The position numbers and the translations under genes were made by a program. A stretch of DNA of 37,562 nucleotides from a virus (taxonomy: Duplodnaviria; Caudoviricetes): the IMG/VR virus record IMGVR_UViG_3300048074_000026, positions 1-37,562 of that record. One strand, written 5' to 3'. Shown in pieces: positions 24,502-33,931 of this stretch (positions are counted from its first letter, which is position 1; every line of letters starts with the position of its first letter). Below the pieces are notes generated by a model that made no database searches, was not told the DNA's origin, and saw only the letters and a list, made by a program, of their open reading frames with translations.

Positions 24502-25155
24502 ATGACGGATTATTCCGTAGCCAAGAACAAACAGATGGACGGCGGCGATCGCTGGCAGATCAACGGCACCCTTGAATTTGGGGCTAAGGCCGTGATCGAG
24601 GGCGGCGCGCTGGTGGTGGCTGGCGTGGGCGCGCTTTCGACAGCGTTCCTGCATCACTACTCCATCGCCCCAGCGGCCAAATCCGCCACGGGCGTCCATG
24701 CCGCTGTCACTCTGGGCGCAGACGCCCAGACCGTGACCACGGACATCACCAACCCCGACGTGCCGCGCACCTGCACCGTCAAGGGCAACGCGTCGGGCAT
24801 CGCTGGCAACGTGGTCATCACGGGCACCAACGTGGACGGCGACGAGATCACCGACACCATCGCGTTGAACGGATCGACCGAGGTCGAAGGCGCGAAGGCT
24901 TTTGCGACCGTCACCTCGATCCTGTTCCCCGCCAAGACCAACGCCTCGGGCGACACCGTCAGCATCGGCAAGGCCAGCTCGTTCGGCCTGCCCGAAATCG
25001 TCGACCACGACGAGCTGATGATCAAGTCGATCTTTGACGGGTCCGCGGACGCTGGCACCACCTACGTGGACGCCGACGAGGTCGAAAAGAACATGTACAC
25101 CCTCGCGGGCACGGCCAACGGCACGAAGGTGCTCGACCTGTACTACATCGCCTGA
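24502..25155 (+). CDS. Putative capsid decoration/head fiber protein
   Basis: RBS AAGGAG. KNKQMDGGDRWQINGTL N-terminus, beta-rich. Follows the capsid gene. Confidence 0.6.
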   Translation: MTDYSVAKNKQMDGGDRWQINGTLEFGAKAVIEGGALVVAGVGALSTAFLHHYSIAPAAKSATGVHAAVTLGADAQTVTTDITNPDVPRTCTVKGNASGIAGNVVITGTNVDGDEITDTIALNGSTEVEGAKAFATVTSILFPAKTNASGDTVSIGKASSFGLPEIVDHDELMIKSIFDGSADAGTTYVDADEVEKNMYTLAGTANGTKVLDLYYIA

Positions 25156-25197
25156 AATTACCCCTCCCCGATGTGAGTCGGGGAGGAGGACGGATTT

Positions 25198-25716
25198 ATG
25201 CCGAACATCCTGACCGCCAGCGAAGCCGCCACAGTCCTGCGCACCGCCAACGATGACGCCAACATGCTGCTGTTACTGCCGCAGATCGACGCGTTCATCC
25301 GTGACGCCACGGGCCGCGACTGGGCCACCGATGCAACCATCCACGTCACAGCCAAGGCCGCGGCGCGGATGCTGCTGGTGATGTGGCACGAGAATCCCGC
25401 GATGATCGGCAACACGGATGTGCTGAACTTCGGCCTGACGTCCGCCCTGGCGCAGCTCGAAGTTGTCGCCCTGCGCAGGCGCACGTACGTGTTTTACGGG
25501 TGCGACGGCGCGGGCGGGTGCGAGTGCCCTGGCTTGCAGGTGGGCGACCAGGTGCTGAGCCTGGTGGGCGTCTATGGCGCGTCTGGCAGCGCTTCGGCCT
25601 CGTTCGAGACCGTCGTTAGCGAGAATGGCGAGATCCAGCAGACCGCCACAGGCGACCTGTCGGAAAGCATCTACCAGGTCGTCGTGATCTCCGCCACGGA
25701 CGCCCTGCTTCCGTAG
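25198..25716 (+). CDS. Head-tail connector (gp6-like) with C-terminal extension
   Basis: LTASEAATVLR...AKAAARMLLVMWHENP. Confidence 0.8.
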   Translation: MPNILTASEAATVLRTANDDANMLLLLPQIDAFIRDATGRDWATDATIHVTAKAAARMLLVMWHENPAMIGNTDVLNFGLTSALAQLEVVALRRRTYVFYGCDGAGGCECPGLQVGDQVLSLVGVYGASGSASASFETVVSENGEIQQTATGDLSESIYQVVVISATDALLP

Positions 25717-25732
25717 CGTTGCTGTGGAAACG
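25717..25732. promoter_or_regulatory. parS-like palindrome copy 5 (intergenic)
   Basis: CGTTGC-TGTG-GAAACG, extended by AG/CT flanks. Confidence 0.65.
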
Positions 25733-25735
25733 CTT

Positions 25736-26098
25736 ATGACGCCAGACCCCTACATGCTCAGCCTGCGCGATTACGGATGGACAGCCGTCCTGCTGTTGTT
25801 CGCCATGCGCGAGGTCTGGCCCTGGGTGCGCGACCGCGTCATCCCCCAGGCGCGCGCCGAACGCACCGCAGAGACCAAACGCAAGCTGGAACAGGAATCA
25901 CGCCAGACGCATGCGATGGAATTAATTGCCCAGGCGACGGACGAGATCAAAAAGCAGAACGTGCTGACCACCGAACGCCTGGCCAACCTGACCGCAGCGC
26001 TTAGCGAACACGACCGCTATACCCGCGAGTCCATGCCCGATATTTACCGCGCCGCAGGCCTGACGCCGCGCCGCAGAAAATCAGACAAACGACAATGA
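25736..26098 (+). CDS. Single-TM coiled-coil protein (holin-like)
   Basis: YGWTAVLLLFAMREVWPWV TM segment followed by a coiled coil and basic tail. Confidence 0.5.
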   Translation: MTPDPYMLSLRDYGWTAVLLLFAMREVWPWVRDRVIPQARAERTAETKRKLEQESRQTHAMELIAQATDEIKKQNVLTTERLANLTAALSEHDRYTRESMPDIYRAAGLTPRRRKSDKRQ

Positions 26099-26442
26099 TC
26101 CTCAACGGAAAAATGTCAAACCCTGGCGAAATGCGCACCTTTGTCACGTTCCAGAATCCGACCCTGTCGGAGGATGCGAGCGGGGCGCAGGTGGCTGCCT
26201 GGGCCGACGCCGCAGCCGTGTGGGTCAAGTGGGTCAACGCGCACGGACAGGAGGCGGCCAACTCGGACGCGCTCAAATCGGTGCAGCGCGCTACGGTCAC
26301 CATGCGTTACCTGTCCAGCATCAGTGCGCTGACCTCCCTGCTGAAAAGCGGCGAGCGCTGGCAAGTGATCAGCCTCGACAATATCCAGGAGCGCAGCGAG
26401 TATCTCGAACTGGTGGTCGAGCGCGCGAAAGGCACGGTGTAA
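26095..26442 (+). CDS. Head closure protein (SPP1 gp16-like)
   Basis: NPGEMRTFVTFQNP...DASG...W...VW pattern. Confidence 0.85.
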   Translation: MILNGKMSNPGEMRTFVTFQNPTLSEDASGAQVAAWADAAAVWVKWVNAHGQEAANSDALKSVQRATVTMRYLSSISALTSLLKSGERWQVISLDNIQERSEYLELVVERAKGTV

Positions 26443-26444
26443 TC

Positions 26445-26843
26445 ATGCCGTCCCGTGGCGTGTTTACGCTCTCCAATTTGGAGGAGTACCTCGAAAAGAT
26501 CGCGGCGGCTGGCCAGGATGTCGACCAGGCCTGCGCCGAAGCGCTCGAAGAGGCCGCGCCGATCGTGACGAAAAAAATGCACGAGGATCTGCGCGCATCG
26601 TCCGAGACCTGGACAGGCGCGACCGATGCGACCATCGAGCAGGCCCAGGCCCAGCGGGAAGGCAATTACACGTTCGTGGAGATCACCGCGGGCGGCGCGC
26701 CTGCTGAACAGGCGTTCTACAAGGAGTTTGGAACAGCGCGCCAGGCTGCCGAGCCGTTCTTTCGCCCGAGCTTTACCAACCGCCGCCACCTGTGGCGCAA
26801 CGCGCTCAAGGCGGCGCTCAAGGCCAGAGGAATGACGGCATGA
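26445..26843 (+). CDS. HK97 gp10-like tail completion protein
   Basis: AFYKEFGTARQAAEPFFRPSF motif. Confidence 0.85.
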   Translation: MPSRGVFTLSNLEEYLEKIAAAGQDVDQACAEALEEAAPIVTKKMHEDLRASSETWTGATDATIEQAQAQREGNYTFVEITAGGAPAEQAFYKEFGTARQAAEPFFRPSFTNRRHLWRNALKAALKARGMTA

Positions 26844-27178
26844 CAACTGTGTTCGAGCACGTCAAGACCGCCCTGGGCACGCTTTCGCCTGCCGTGTCGT
26901 TTGCGCTGGCGCCCTACAAGGGCACCAGCGCAAACGACACTTATATCGTCTACCAACTGATTGGCAGCCCTGATGAGCAGAGCGCGGACAACGCCGAGAC
27001 GCAGCGCTCGTACCTGGTGCAGGTCACCGCGTGGAGCCGCGCGGGGCTGGCCAGCCTGCCCAACGTCGACGCGGCCATGCTGGCCGCTGGATTTTTCAAA
27101 CGCGATCAACGCCAGGTCCCGCAGGACCGCGAGACGGGTCATTACGGCCTGGCGACCGACTATGTCTATCTCGAATAA
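26840..27178 (+). CDS. Tail terminator protein
   Basis: TYIVY...ADN...YLVQVTAWS...MLAAGF. Synteny. Confidence 0.75.
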   Translation: MTTVFEHVKTALGTLSPAVSFALAPYKGTSANDTYIVYQLIGSPDEQSADNAETQRSYLVQVTAWSRAGLASLPNVDAAMLAAGFFKRDQRQVPQDRETGHYGLATDYVYLE

Positions 27179-27189
27179 GGAGCAACATC

Positions 27190-28116
27190 ATGCCTGGAGT
27201 AAATGAGTACAAATCCGTCGTGGGCGTGGACAGCGTTTACTACGCCCTGATCACGCAGGACGACGCCAACGGCTACGTGGCGGGCGCGCCCGCCAGCCTG
27301 GCGCCTGCGATGAACGTCAAGAGCACGCCCAGCACGGCCAGCGAAACGCAGTACGCCGACAACGGCCCGTACGACAACGTCAGCGCCGAGGGCGATACTG
27401 CGCTCGAATGCGAAGTGCCGAACCTGCCCGAGTCGGTGATGGCTGCGCTGGCTGGCGCAGTCTATGACGCGGTCAACGGCCGCGTGTTCGACGATGCCGA
27501 CCCCGCCCAGGCGCCGTACTTTGCGCTGGGCTATCGCTTCAAAAAGAGCAACGGCTCGTATCGGTACCGCTGGTATCTCAAGTGCCGTCTCGAAAAGCCG
27601 TCCGAGGAAGCGCAGAGTCAGAGCGCCGCGGTCAACCTCAAGAGCACCACGCTCAAGATCACCGCGATGAAAACCATTTACAAGTTCGACCTGCTGGGCG
27701 ATGCCTCGCGGATGCAGGGCGCGAAGCGCGTCCACGGCGACACGGACGACAGCGCCTTTGTGGCCACCAGCTGGTTCAGCGCGGTGCAGACGCCCAGCGC
27801 TGGCTCGCCTGCCGCGTTCACGCTTTCCTCGGTGCCCGCGGATGCGGCCACCAGTGTGGCGGTGGATGCCAACATCGTGCTGACCTTCAGCAACGCCCTG
27901 CGCGGCGGCGCCGAGGATGCGATCATCCTCACCTCCGCGGCGGGCGTGCCTGTGGCCTGCGCGCGCACGATCAACAGCGCCCGCAAGGTGGTGACGCTCA
28001 ACCCGTCCTCGAACCTCTCGACCTCCACCGACTACCTGGTGGTCGTGCCTGGCGTCGTGGACGTCCACGGCCAGGCCCTGGCCAACACGGTGATCAACTT
28101 CACCACCGCGTCATAA
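27190..28116 (+). CDS. Major tail protein (phi13-like) with C-terminal Ig-like domain
   Basis: GVDSVYYA, YADN, APYFALGYRFKKSNG. C-terminal PADAATSVAVDANIVLTFS...FTT (Big_5-like). Confidence 0.9.
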   Translation: MPGVNEYKSVVGVDSVYYALITQDDANGYVAGAPASLAPAMNVKSTPSTASETQYADNGPYDNVSAEGDTALECEVPNLPESVMAALAGAVYDAVNGRVFDDADPAQAPYFALGYRFKKSNGSYRYRWYLKCRLEKPSEEAQSQSAAVNLKSTTLKITAMKTIYKFDLLGDASRMQGAKRVHGDTDDSAFVATSWFSAVQTPSAGSPAAFTLSSVPADAATSVAVDANIVLTFSNALRGGAEDAIILTSAAGVPVACARTINSARKVVTLNPSSNLSTSTDYLVVVPGVVDVHGQALANTVINFTTAS

Positions 28117-28205
28117 CATACTCAACCCAGGGCGCCATCCTCGCCCTGTGAGCGGGCCACACGCTGAGTTTAGCCGCCCCGTGGCGCAAGCGGCTGGTGA
28201 GAATT

Positions 28206-28583
28206 ATGCAATCTCTCAAATTGACGCTCTACAACGCGGACGACACCATCCACCGCGAACTGACGCGCTCGATCACCCCCTGGGGCATCCTGGAGCGCGC
28301 GCTCGATCTACAGGATATGTTCGCAAGCCTGGAATCGGACGAGCACGGCCAGCCTGTGGGCGTGACGCGCGAGCACGTGCAGGAGTTGACCGATTTCGTC
28401 GTGTTCGTGTTCGACGATGGCGTCACGGCGGAGGAACTCAAGCGTAAGGCCTCCGTGGCCGATATGCTGGAGCTGTACCAACAGATCTTCGCGATGGTGC
28501 AGCAGACCATGCCCAAAAACCCTACAGCGGCCCTGGCGAAGCAGAAGGCGAACCTGCAGAAGGTGCGCCAGGGCAGGCGGTAA
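28206..28583 (+). CDS. Tail assembly chaperone (gpG-like)
   Basis: Lies between the major tail protein and tape measure genes. PKN slippery region. Confidence 0.75.
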   Translation: MQSLKLTLYNADDTIHRELTRSITPWGILERALDLQDMFASLESDEHGQPVGVTREHVQELTDFVVFVFDDGVTAEELKRKASVADMLELYQQIFAMVQQTMPKNPTAALAKQKANLQKVRQGRR

Positions 28584-28765
28584 GGAACTGGGCGCGCAGG
28601 CTGAAATACACGCTGCTGGAATACGGCAAGCTGGGCAGCCTGCGCGAGATCGAAATGACCGATATGCGCTCGCTGCTGTTGTTTGTGGCCGAATATCCAG
28701 AGCATCAGCGCGCAGTGCAATCCAACGAGCGGCACGTCTACGGTGACCAAACGGACTTTGCCTAA
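28514..28765 (+). CDS. -1 frameshift extension of the tail assembly chaperone (gpGT-like)
   Basis: C AAA AAC at 28514-28520. The -1 frame is open to TAA 28763-28765, which overlaps the tape measure ATG. Confidence 0.65.
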   Translation, partial: QKPYSGPGEAEGEPAEGAPGQAVRNWARRLKYTLLEYGKLGSLREIEMTDMRSLLLFVAEYPEHQRAVQSNERHVYGDQTDFA

Positions 28766-31032
28766 TGGCCGAAGCGATTGAAGCACTCTCAGGAAAACTA
28801 GGTCTCGACACGACCGATTTCAAGGCGGGCATCTCCGCGGCCAACCGCGAGCTGCGCGTGCTGGAGTCGGGTTTTCGCGCGTCCGCGTCGAGCCTGGGAG
28901 ACTGGACGAAATCGGCCGACGGGCTGGAGATGCGCGTCAAGAGCCTGACCGGGCAGATCGATATTCAGAAGGCCAAGGTAGGAGCGCTGCGCGAAGAGTA
29001 CGAACGCGTCAAGGCCGAGAAGGGCGAGAACAGCCGGGCGGCGCAGGATCTCGAAATTAAGCTCAACAAGGAAACCGAGACGCTCGGCAAAATGGAGAAT
29101 GAACTCCAACAGTCCGAGCAGGCGCTCCAGGAGATGGGCCAGGCCGAAGATGAGACAGGCCAAAAGGCCGAGGAAGCGGGCGGTAAAGTAAGCGGATTTA
29201 AGCAGGTAATCGGCGGCATCGGCGGAATCGTCAAGGGCGCGATCACGGTCGTGGCCGGGCTGGCTGTCGCCGTTGTTGCGGTAACTACCGCGATCGGCGG
29301 GTTGGTGTTTTCGACTGCCGACGCCTCTGCCCAGCTGGTGGATATGTCTGCCAAGACGGGCATCAGCACCACGCGCCTGCAAGAGCTGGCCTACGTGGGC
29401 GAGCAGGTAGGCACGTCGCAGGATACGATCACGGGGTCGCTGGCGCGCCTCACGCGCTCGATGTTTACGGCACAGACGCAGTACGCCGACTACGTTGCTG
29501 CCCAGGCCGATGCGGCCGCAAAGGGTGAGGAGTTCGACGGTCAGCTGGGCGACAGCGCCGCCGCATTTGACCGGCTGGGCGTAAGTGTCACCGATGGCAG
29601 CGGCAACCTGCGCGACAGTGAAGCTGTCTTTAACGATCTGCTGACCGCCCTGGGCAACGTCCCCAATGAGGCGGAGCGCGATGCGCTGTCCATGTCGCTT
29701 TTTGGCAAATCGGCGATGGAGCTAAACCCGCTGATCAAGGCGGGATCTGAAGAACTGGCGCGGCTCAGCCAGGAGGCGCACGACGTGGGCGCGGTCATGT
29801 CCGAGGAGGACGTGTCTGCCTTCGAGGAGTTCGACGACACGCTGAGCAGCCTGCAAATGGGCCTCAAGGGCACAGTGGGCACACTGATGTCTGCGTTCCT
29901 GCCTGGGTTCCAAAGTGTGTTCAACCAGGCGGGCGGCTACCTGCGCACGTTCTCGGATATCGTCAAAAATTCAGACGGCGACATCGGTCATATTGCGCAG
30001 GGGCTGGGCGGGCTGATCGGGCAGATCATCGGCGACCTGGCCACCCAGGCGCCGCAAATGCTGACCGCGGGCCTGGGCATCCTGCAATCGATCATCGACG
30101 CGATCGTGACCAACCTGCCCGTGATGATTCCAGCGGCCATTGGCATGATCACCAGCCTGCTGCAGTTCCTGATCGACAACCTGCCGACCATCATCGAAGC
30201 GGGGCTGTTGATACTGATCGCGCTGGTGGATGGCATCGCCGACGCGCTGCCGACGCTCATCCCGGCCGTGGTGCAGGCGGTGATCACCATCGTCCAGACA
30301 TTGGCCAATAACCTGCCGATGTTGATCGATGCGGCCATGCGCCTGATCATGGCGCTGGCTGAGGGCCTGATCGTGGCCCTGCCCATCCTGATCGCAGCCC
30401 TGCCGCAAATTATTTACACCATCCTCAATGCGCTGGTCGACGCCCTGCCGATGATCTTCGAATCGGCGGGAAAACTGATCGGTATGCTGGCCACGGGCAT
30501 CGTGGCGGCCATCCCTGTGCTGCTGGTGGCGGCGGGCGAGCTGATCGTCAGCCTGGCGCGCGTGCTGGCCGATTTCTGGACGGAGCTTCCCGAGTTGGGC
30601 AAAAACTTTGTGCGCGGCCTGGTGGACGGTATCCAATCGGCGGCGGGCTGGTTGTGGGATGCGGTGACGGGTCTCATTCAGGGGATGCTCGACCGCATGT
30701 ACGAGATGCTCGACATGCATTCGCCCTCCGGCGTCGGGAAACGAGTGGGACGCAATCTGTTCTCCAGCATCGGGATCGGCGGAGAAGAGGAGCAGGCGAA
30801 TCTACAGCGCAAGGTGACGCGCATCCTGGGCAATCTGACCGCCAACATGCAGGCCAACCTATCCCCGCTGACGGGCGGAGGTCTACAGCCCGCGCTGGCC
30901 ACGGCGGGCGGCGGCTCGATCTCGCTGGGCAATATCTACATCGACGCGCGCGGCGCGCAGGAGCCTGAGAAGATCGGCCAGGCTGTGCGCAATGGCGTAC
31001 TTTCCGTACTGCGCTCGAAAGGAGTGCGCTGA
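28765..31032 (+). CDS. Tape measure protein
   Basis: 755 aa, LGLDTTDFK N-terminus, coiled coil, amphipathic helical repeats, HSPS motif. Confidence 0.93.
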   Translation: MAEAIEALSGKLGLDTTDFKAGISAANRELRVLESGFRASASSLGDWTKSADGLEMRVKSLTGQIDIQKAKVGALREEYERVKAEKGENSRAAQDLEIKLNKETETLGKMENELQQSEQALQEMGQAEDETGQKAEEAGGKVSGFKQVIGGIGGIVKGAITVVAGLAVAVVAVTTAIGGLVFSTADASAQLVDMSAKTGISTTRLQELAYVGEQVGTSQDTITGSLARLTRSMFTAQTQYADYVAAQADAAAKGEEFDGQLGDSAAAFDRLGVSVTDGSGNLRDSEAVFNDLLTALGNVPNEAERDALSMSLFGKSAMELNPLIKAGSEELARLSQEAHDVGAVMSEEDVSAFEEFDDTLSSLQMGLKGTVGTLMSAFLPGFQSVFNQAGGYLRTFSDIVKNSDGDIGHIAQGLGGLIGQIIGDLATQAPQMLTAGLGILQSIIDAIVTNLPVMIPAAIGMITSLLQFLIDNLPTIIEAGLLILIALVDGIADALPTLIPAVVQAVITIVQTLANNLPMLIDAAMRLIMALAEGLIVALPILIAALPQIIYTILNALVDALPMIFESAGKLIGMLATGIVAAIPVLLVAAGELIVSLARVLADFWTELPELGKNFVRGLVDGIQSAAGWLWDAVTGLIQGMLDRMYEMLDMHSPSGVGKRVGRNLFSSIGIGGEEEQANLQRKVTRILGNLTANMQANLSPLTGGGLQPALATAGGGSISLGNIYIDARGAQEPEKIGQAVRNGVLSVLRSKGVR

Positions 31033-31895
31033 TGTATCGGCTCATCCGTTTCGGCCAGCAGTCGCTGGAGTTCTACAACCAGATCGACTCCGCGATCGGC
31101 AGCGGGGCCGCTCCGACCGCGTACAGCTCCCTGCCTGAGGGCGGCGCGTTCGATCTGTTCGGGTCGCAGCAAAAACACCCCGGCGCGGTGGAACGCTCGA
31201 TCTCGCGCAGGTTGCAGCGTGCCACGGCTCCAGAGTTGACCGACCTATACATGACCCTGTTGAGCCTGCGCGGCACGCGAGACCAGCTCTATCGACGCAC
31301 TGCCAGCGGCGATATCCACTGGCAGTATGCGCGTCTGGCGGAAGTAACCGCCGTCCGCGACTACCAGCTTGCGCAGTATCAGTTGATCCAGGACGTGGAT
31401 TTGCGTTTCGTCTGTCCCGAGCTGTTCTGGCACGGCGACTATGGCGGCACCTGGTACCTGGACGCAGGGTTCGCACTGGATGCTGGCCTGGCGCTGGATA
31501 GCGCGCGCGAGTACCCGCTGACCAGCAGCCCGACCACGTTCACGATCACAATCGGGACAGCAGCCGACGCGGGCCGCGCGCCTGTGCGAGCGATGCGCAT
31601 CATCGTCCGCGCTGGGGATGCGTCGATGACGTCTGTCACGATGGCCCGCAGAGGCGGCGAGACGCTGACGTACCACGGAGTCATCTCCGCCAACCAGGTG
31701 CTGCTGATTGACACCGGCACCATGCAGGTCACGGTCAACGGATCGGATGCGTACGATGACCTGGCTTTCGAGCCGACCGCAGACATGGCGGCCTGGTTCG
31801 CGCTCGCGCCAGGCGCGAACGAAATCACGGTAAGTTTCACCGGCGGAGGAACCGGCCGTCAGATCGAATTTTCATATTACGAGAGTTGGTACTAA
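31032..31895 (+). CDS. Distal tail protein (Dit-like)
   Basis: Follows the tape measure gene. LRFVCPELFW and WFALAPGANEI motifs. Confidence 0.75.
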   Translation: MYRLIRFGQQSLEFYNQIDSAIGSGAAPTAYSSLPEGGAFDLFGSQQKHPGAVERSISRRLQRATAPELTDLYMTLLSLRGTRDQLYRRTASGDIHWQYARLAEVTAVRDYQLAQYQLIQDVDLRFVCPELFWHGDYGGTWYLDAGFALDAGLALDSAREYPLTSSPTTFTITIGTAADAGRAPVRAMRIIVRAGDASMTSVTMARRGGETLTYHGVISANQVLLIDTGTMQVTVNGSDAYDDLAFEPTADMAAWFALAPGANEITVSFTGGGTGRQIEFSYYESWY

Positions 31896-33923
31896 GTGGA
31901 GATCCGCTCGTATTGGGTAGACGTTGAGAATGCCGCTGGCCAGCGCGTTGGCCGCGGGCCTATCCGCGCGCTCAATTTCGAGACGACCTCCGTTTTGTCT
32001 GCCAGCGGGGAATTTGGGTTCGACGTGTCCGCCGCTGACCCAAATCTATCTGCGCTGGCGATAAAACGTTCCGTGGTTTGCCGCTACGTGGACCGCGACG
32101 GACAGGTGCGCGTATTCGGCCGCGGGGTCATCGACAAAGTCATAAAGAGCCTGCTGGCGGATGGCAGCATGGGTCTGCGCGTCTCGGGCAATGACCAGGG
32201 CCGTGAGCTGACCTATCGCGCAGTTGGACAGCTTGATCTCTCGGGCGTGTCTGCCGCAGGCGTGCTGGACGCTCCGACGCGCATCATGGCGCTGGCGCCT
32301 GCTGGCTGGAGCATCCTCAACGGCACGACCAGTACATCTGTCTATGCCGGTTATGACGGCGAATCGGTGCTGTACGCGCTGAACGCTGTCACCGAAAAAA
32401 TCGGGGAACACTGGCGGATGGACGGCGACCGCGTCGTGCGCTGGCTGGGGCCGGTCAGCGCGTGGTCAGCCTCTGGCATGCGCGGCGTGCAGCAGGTCAA
32501 CGATCCTGTTTCCGCAGAAACGGCCCTCGACATCGCGGTGATCAGCCATCTCGAAGAGGAATCCGATGCGGCCGACCTGGTGACGCGCATCCTCCCGCGC
32601 GGCACCGGCAATGGTTCGGTGGCGCTGACGCTCAGTGGCGTGACGGCTGCCGCGCCCGCGGGCTACACGGTGGATGTGCCGAATAACTACGTCCGCCGCA
32701 ACGATGCCGAAATTGACTATGGACGCATCGAGCGGTCGCTGGAGTTCGCGGATATCGGCCCGCTCAGCAACACCCGCGCCGATATCCAGGCCGCGGCCAA
32801 CGCGTTGATGCTGGCATCGGTCGAGCACCTGCGCCGCTATGGTGCGCCGCAGAAATTCTATCGTGTGGAGTTCGGGCGGGTTGGACAACTGCTTCAGGTC
32901 GGGACGACCCTGCGCGTGGTGTATCGCAAGATCATCGATGGCGCGGTCGTGTATGACCTAGACGGGACGTATAACATTGTCGAGGCGCGCGCGCGCATCA
33001 GCGCCGAGGGCATCAGCACCGTGGAGGCGACCATCTCCACTATTGACCGGCTGCCGCAGTCTGACGATGGCGCGCTCGCCAGCCAGGTGGCCTCGGCGCG
33101 TGTGCTGGCCACGCATCAACAACTCGGGCCATCGGTCGATACGCTGACCTGGCGTGAGGAAATGGACGACGGTCACGGCGCCACCATGCGATTTTGGGCA
33201 GGCGACGAGTACACCAGCATCCAGCGCGCGCTGCTGCGCTTCCGCATTCAGCCGCTGCGGAGCACGGTAAAGTCGGTGGCAGATACGTCACGCACGACCA
33301 GCGCGGGCGGCGGTTCGAGCGCATCCAGCTCCTCGGGCGGCGGTTCGAGCCCGACCAGCTCTGCGGGTGGATCGTCCAGCCCGACCAGCTCCTCGGGCGG
33401 CGGCGGGACGCAGACCGCCAGCGACTCGATCAGCTGGAGCCATTCCGACTCGTCGATCCAAATTCCATCGGGCGCCAACCACTACCACGGCATCGGCGCG
33501 ACCATGCACACGCATCCGGTGTCGATCCCAAATCACACGCACACGGTATCAATCTCTAACCATACGCACGGCGTCGACGTGCCTGACCACACGCACAGCG
33601 TGGACGTGCCTGCACACACGCACGAGATCACGCCCGAGATCGAGATGCAATACGGACTTTTCGAGGAGTCGTCCGCCAACACGCTGGGGCTGGGCGACCT
33701 GGCCATCCGCCTAAACTATGGCGCAGATCTGCTGTCGACCGTCCAGACTCTCAGCGGGGGATGGTACGAGGTCGACATCACGGATGAGCTGCTCGACGAT
33801 GTGTTCCGCCCGCGCGCCGAGAGCAACGAGATCCAAATCACGACATCCACCGCTGATAAAACCGCACGCATCGAGGCGCAGCTGACCATCCGCGGCGTGG
33901 TGCAGGCCGTAAATTACGAGTAG
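31896..33923 (+). CDS. Baseplate hub/Tal-like tail protein with Ser/Gly repeats and HxH repeat extension
   Basis: Follows Dit. LVTRILPRG and YGRIE motifs. C-terminal HTH tripeptide (His-Thr-His) repeats. Confidence 0.75.
   Translation: MEIRSYWVDVENAAGQRVGRGPIRALNFETTSVLSASGEFGFDVSAADPNLSALAIKRSVVCRYVDRDGQVRVFGRGVIDKVIKSLLADGSMGLRVSGNDQGRELTYRAVGQLDLSGVSAAGVLDAPTRIMALAPAGWSILNGTTSTSVYAGYDGESVLYALNAVTEKIGEHWRMDGDRVVRWLGPVSAWSASGMRGVQQVNDPVSAETALDIAVISHLEEESDAADLVTRILPRGTGNGSVALTLSGVTAAAPAGYTVDVPNNYVRRNDAEIDYGRIERSLEFADIGPLSNTRADIQAAANALMLASVEHLRRYGAPQKFYRVEFGRVGQLLQVGTTLRVVYRKIIDGAVVYDLDGTYNIVEARARISAEGISTVEATISTIDRLPQSDDGALASQVASARVLATHQQLGPSVDTLTWREEMDDGHGATMRFWAGDEYTSIQRALLRFRIQPLRSTVKSVADTSRTTSAGGGSSASSSSGGGSSPTSSAGGSSSPTSSSGGGGTQTASDSISWSHSDSSIQIPSGANHYHGIGATMHTHPVSIPNHTHTVSISNHTHGVDVPDHTHSVDVPAHTHEITPEIEMQYGLFEESSANTLGLGDLAIRLNYGADLLSTVQTLSGGWYEVDITDELLDDVFRPRAESNEIQITTSTADKTARIEAQLTIRGVVQAVNYE
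32507..32522. promoter_or_regulatory. parS-like palindrome copy 6
   Basis: TGTTTC-CGCA-GAAACG, identical to copy 1. Confidence 0.65.
33297..33408 (+). repeat. Imperfect 30-bp tandem repeats encoding S-S/A-G-G-G-S-S units
   Basis: ccagctcctcgggcggcggttcgagc-like unit repeated about four times. Confidence 0.7.
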
Positions 33924-33931
33924 GAGAGATC

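Noticed and set aside
29271-29286. Seventh parS-like palindrome (CGTTGT-TGCG-GTAACT)
   Set aside because: Three deviations from the consensus, compatible with chance in Val/Ala/Thr codons.
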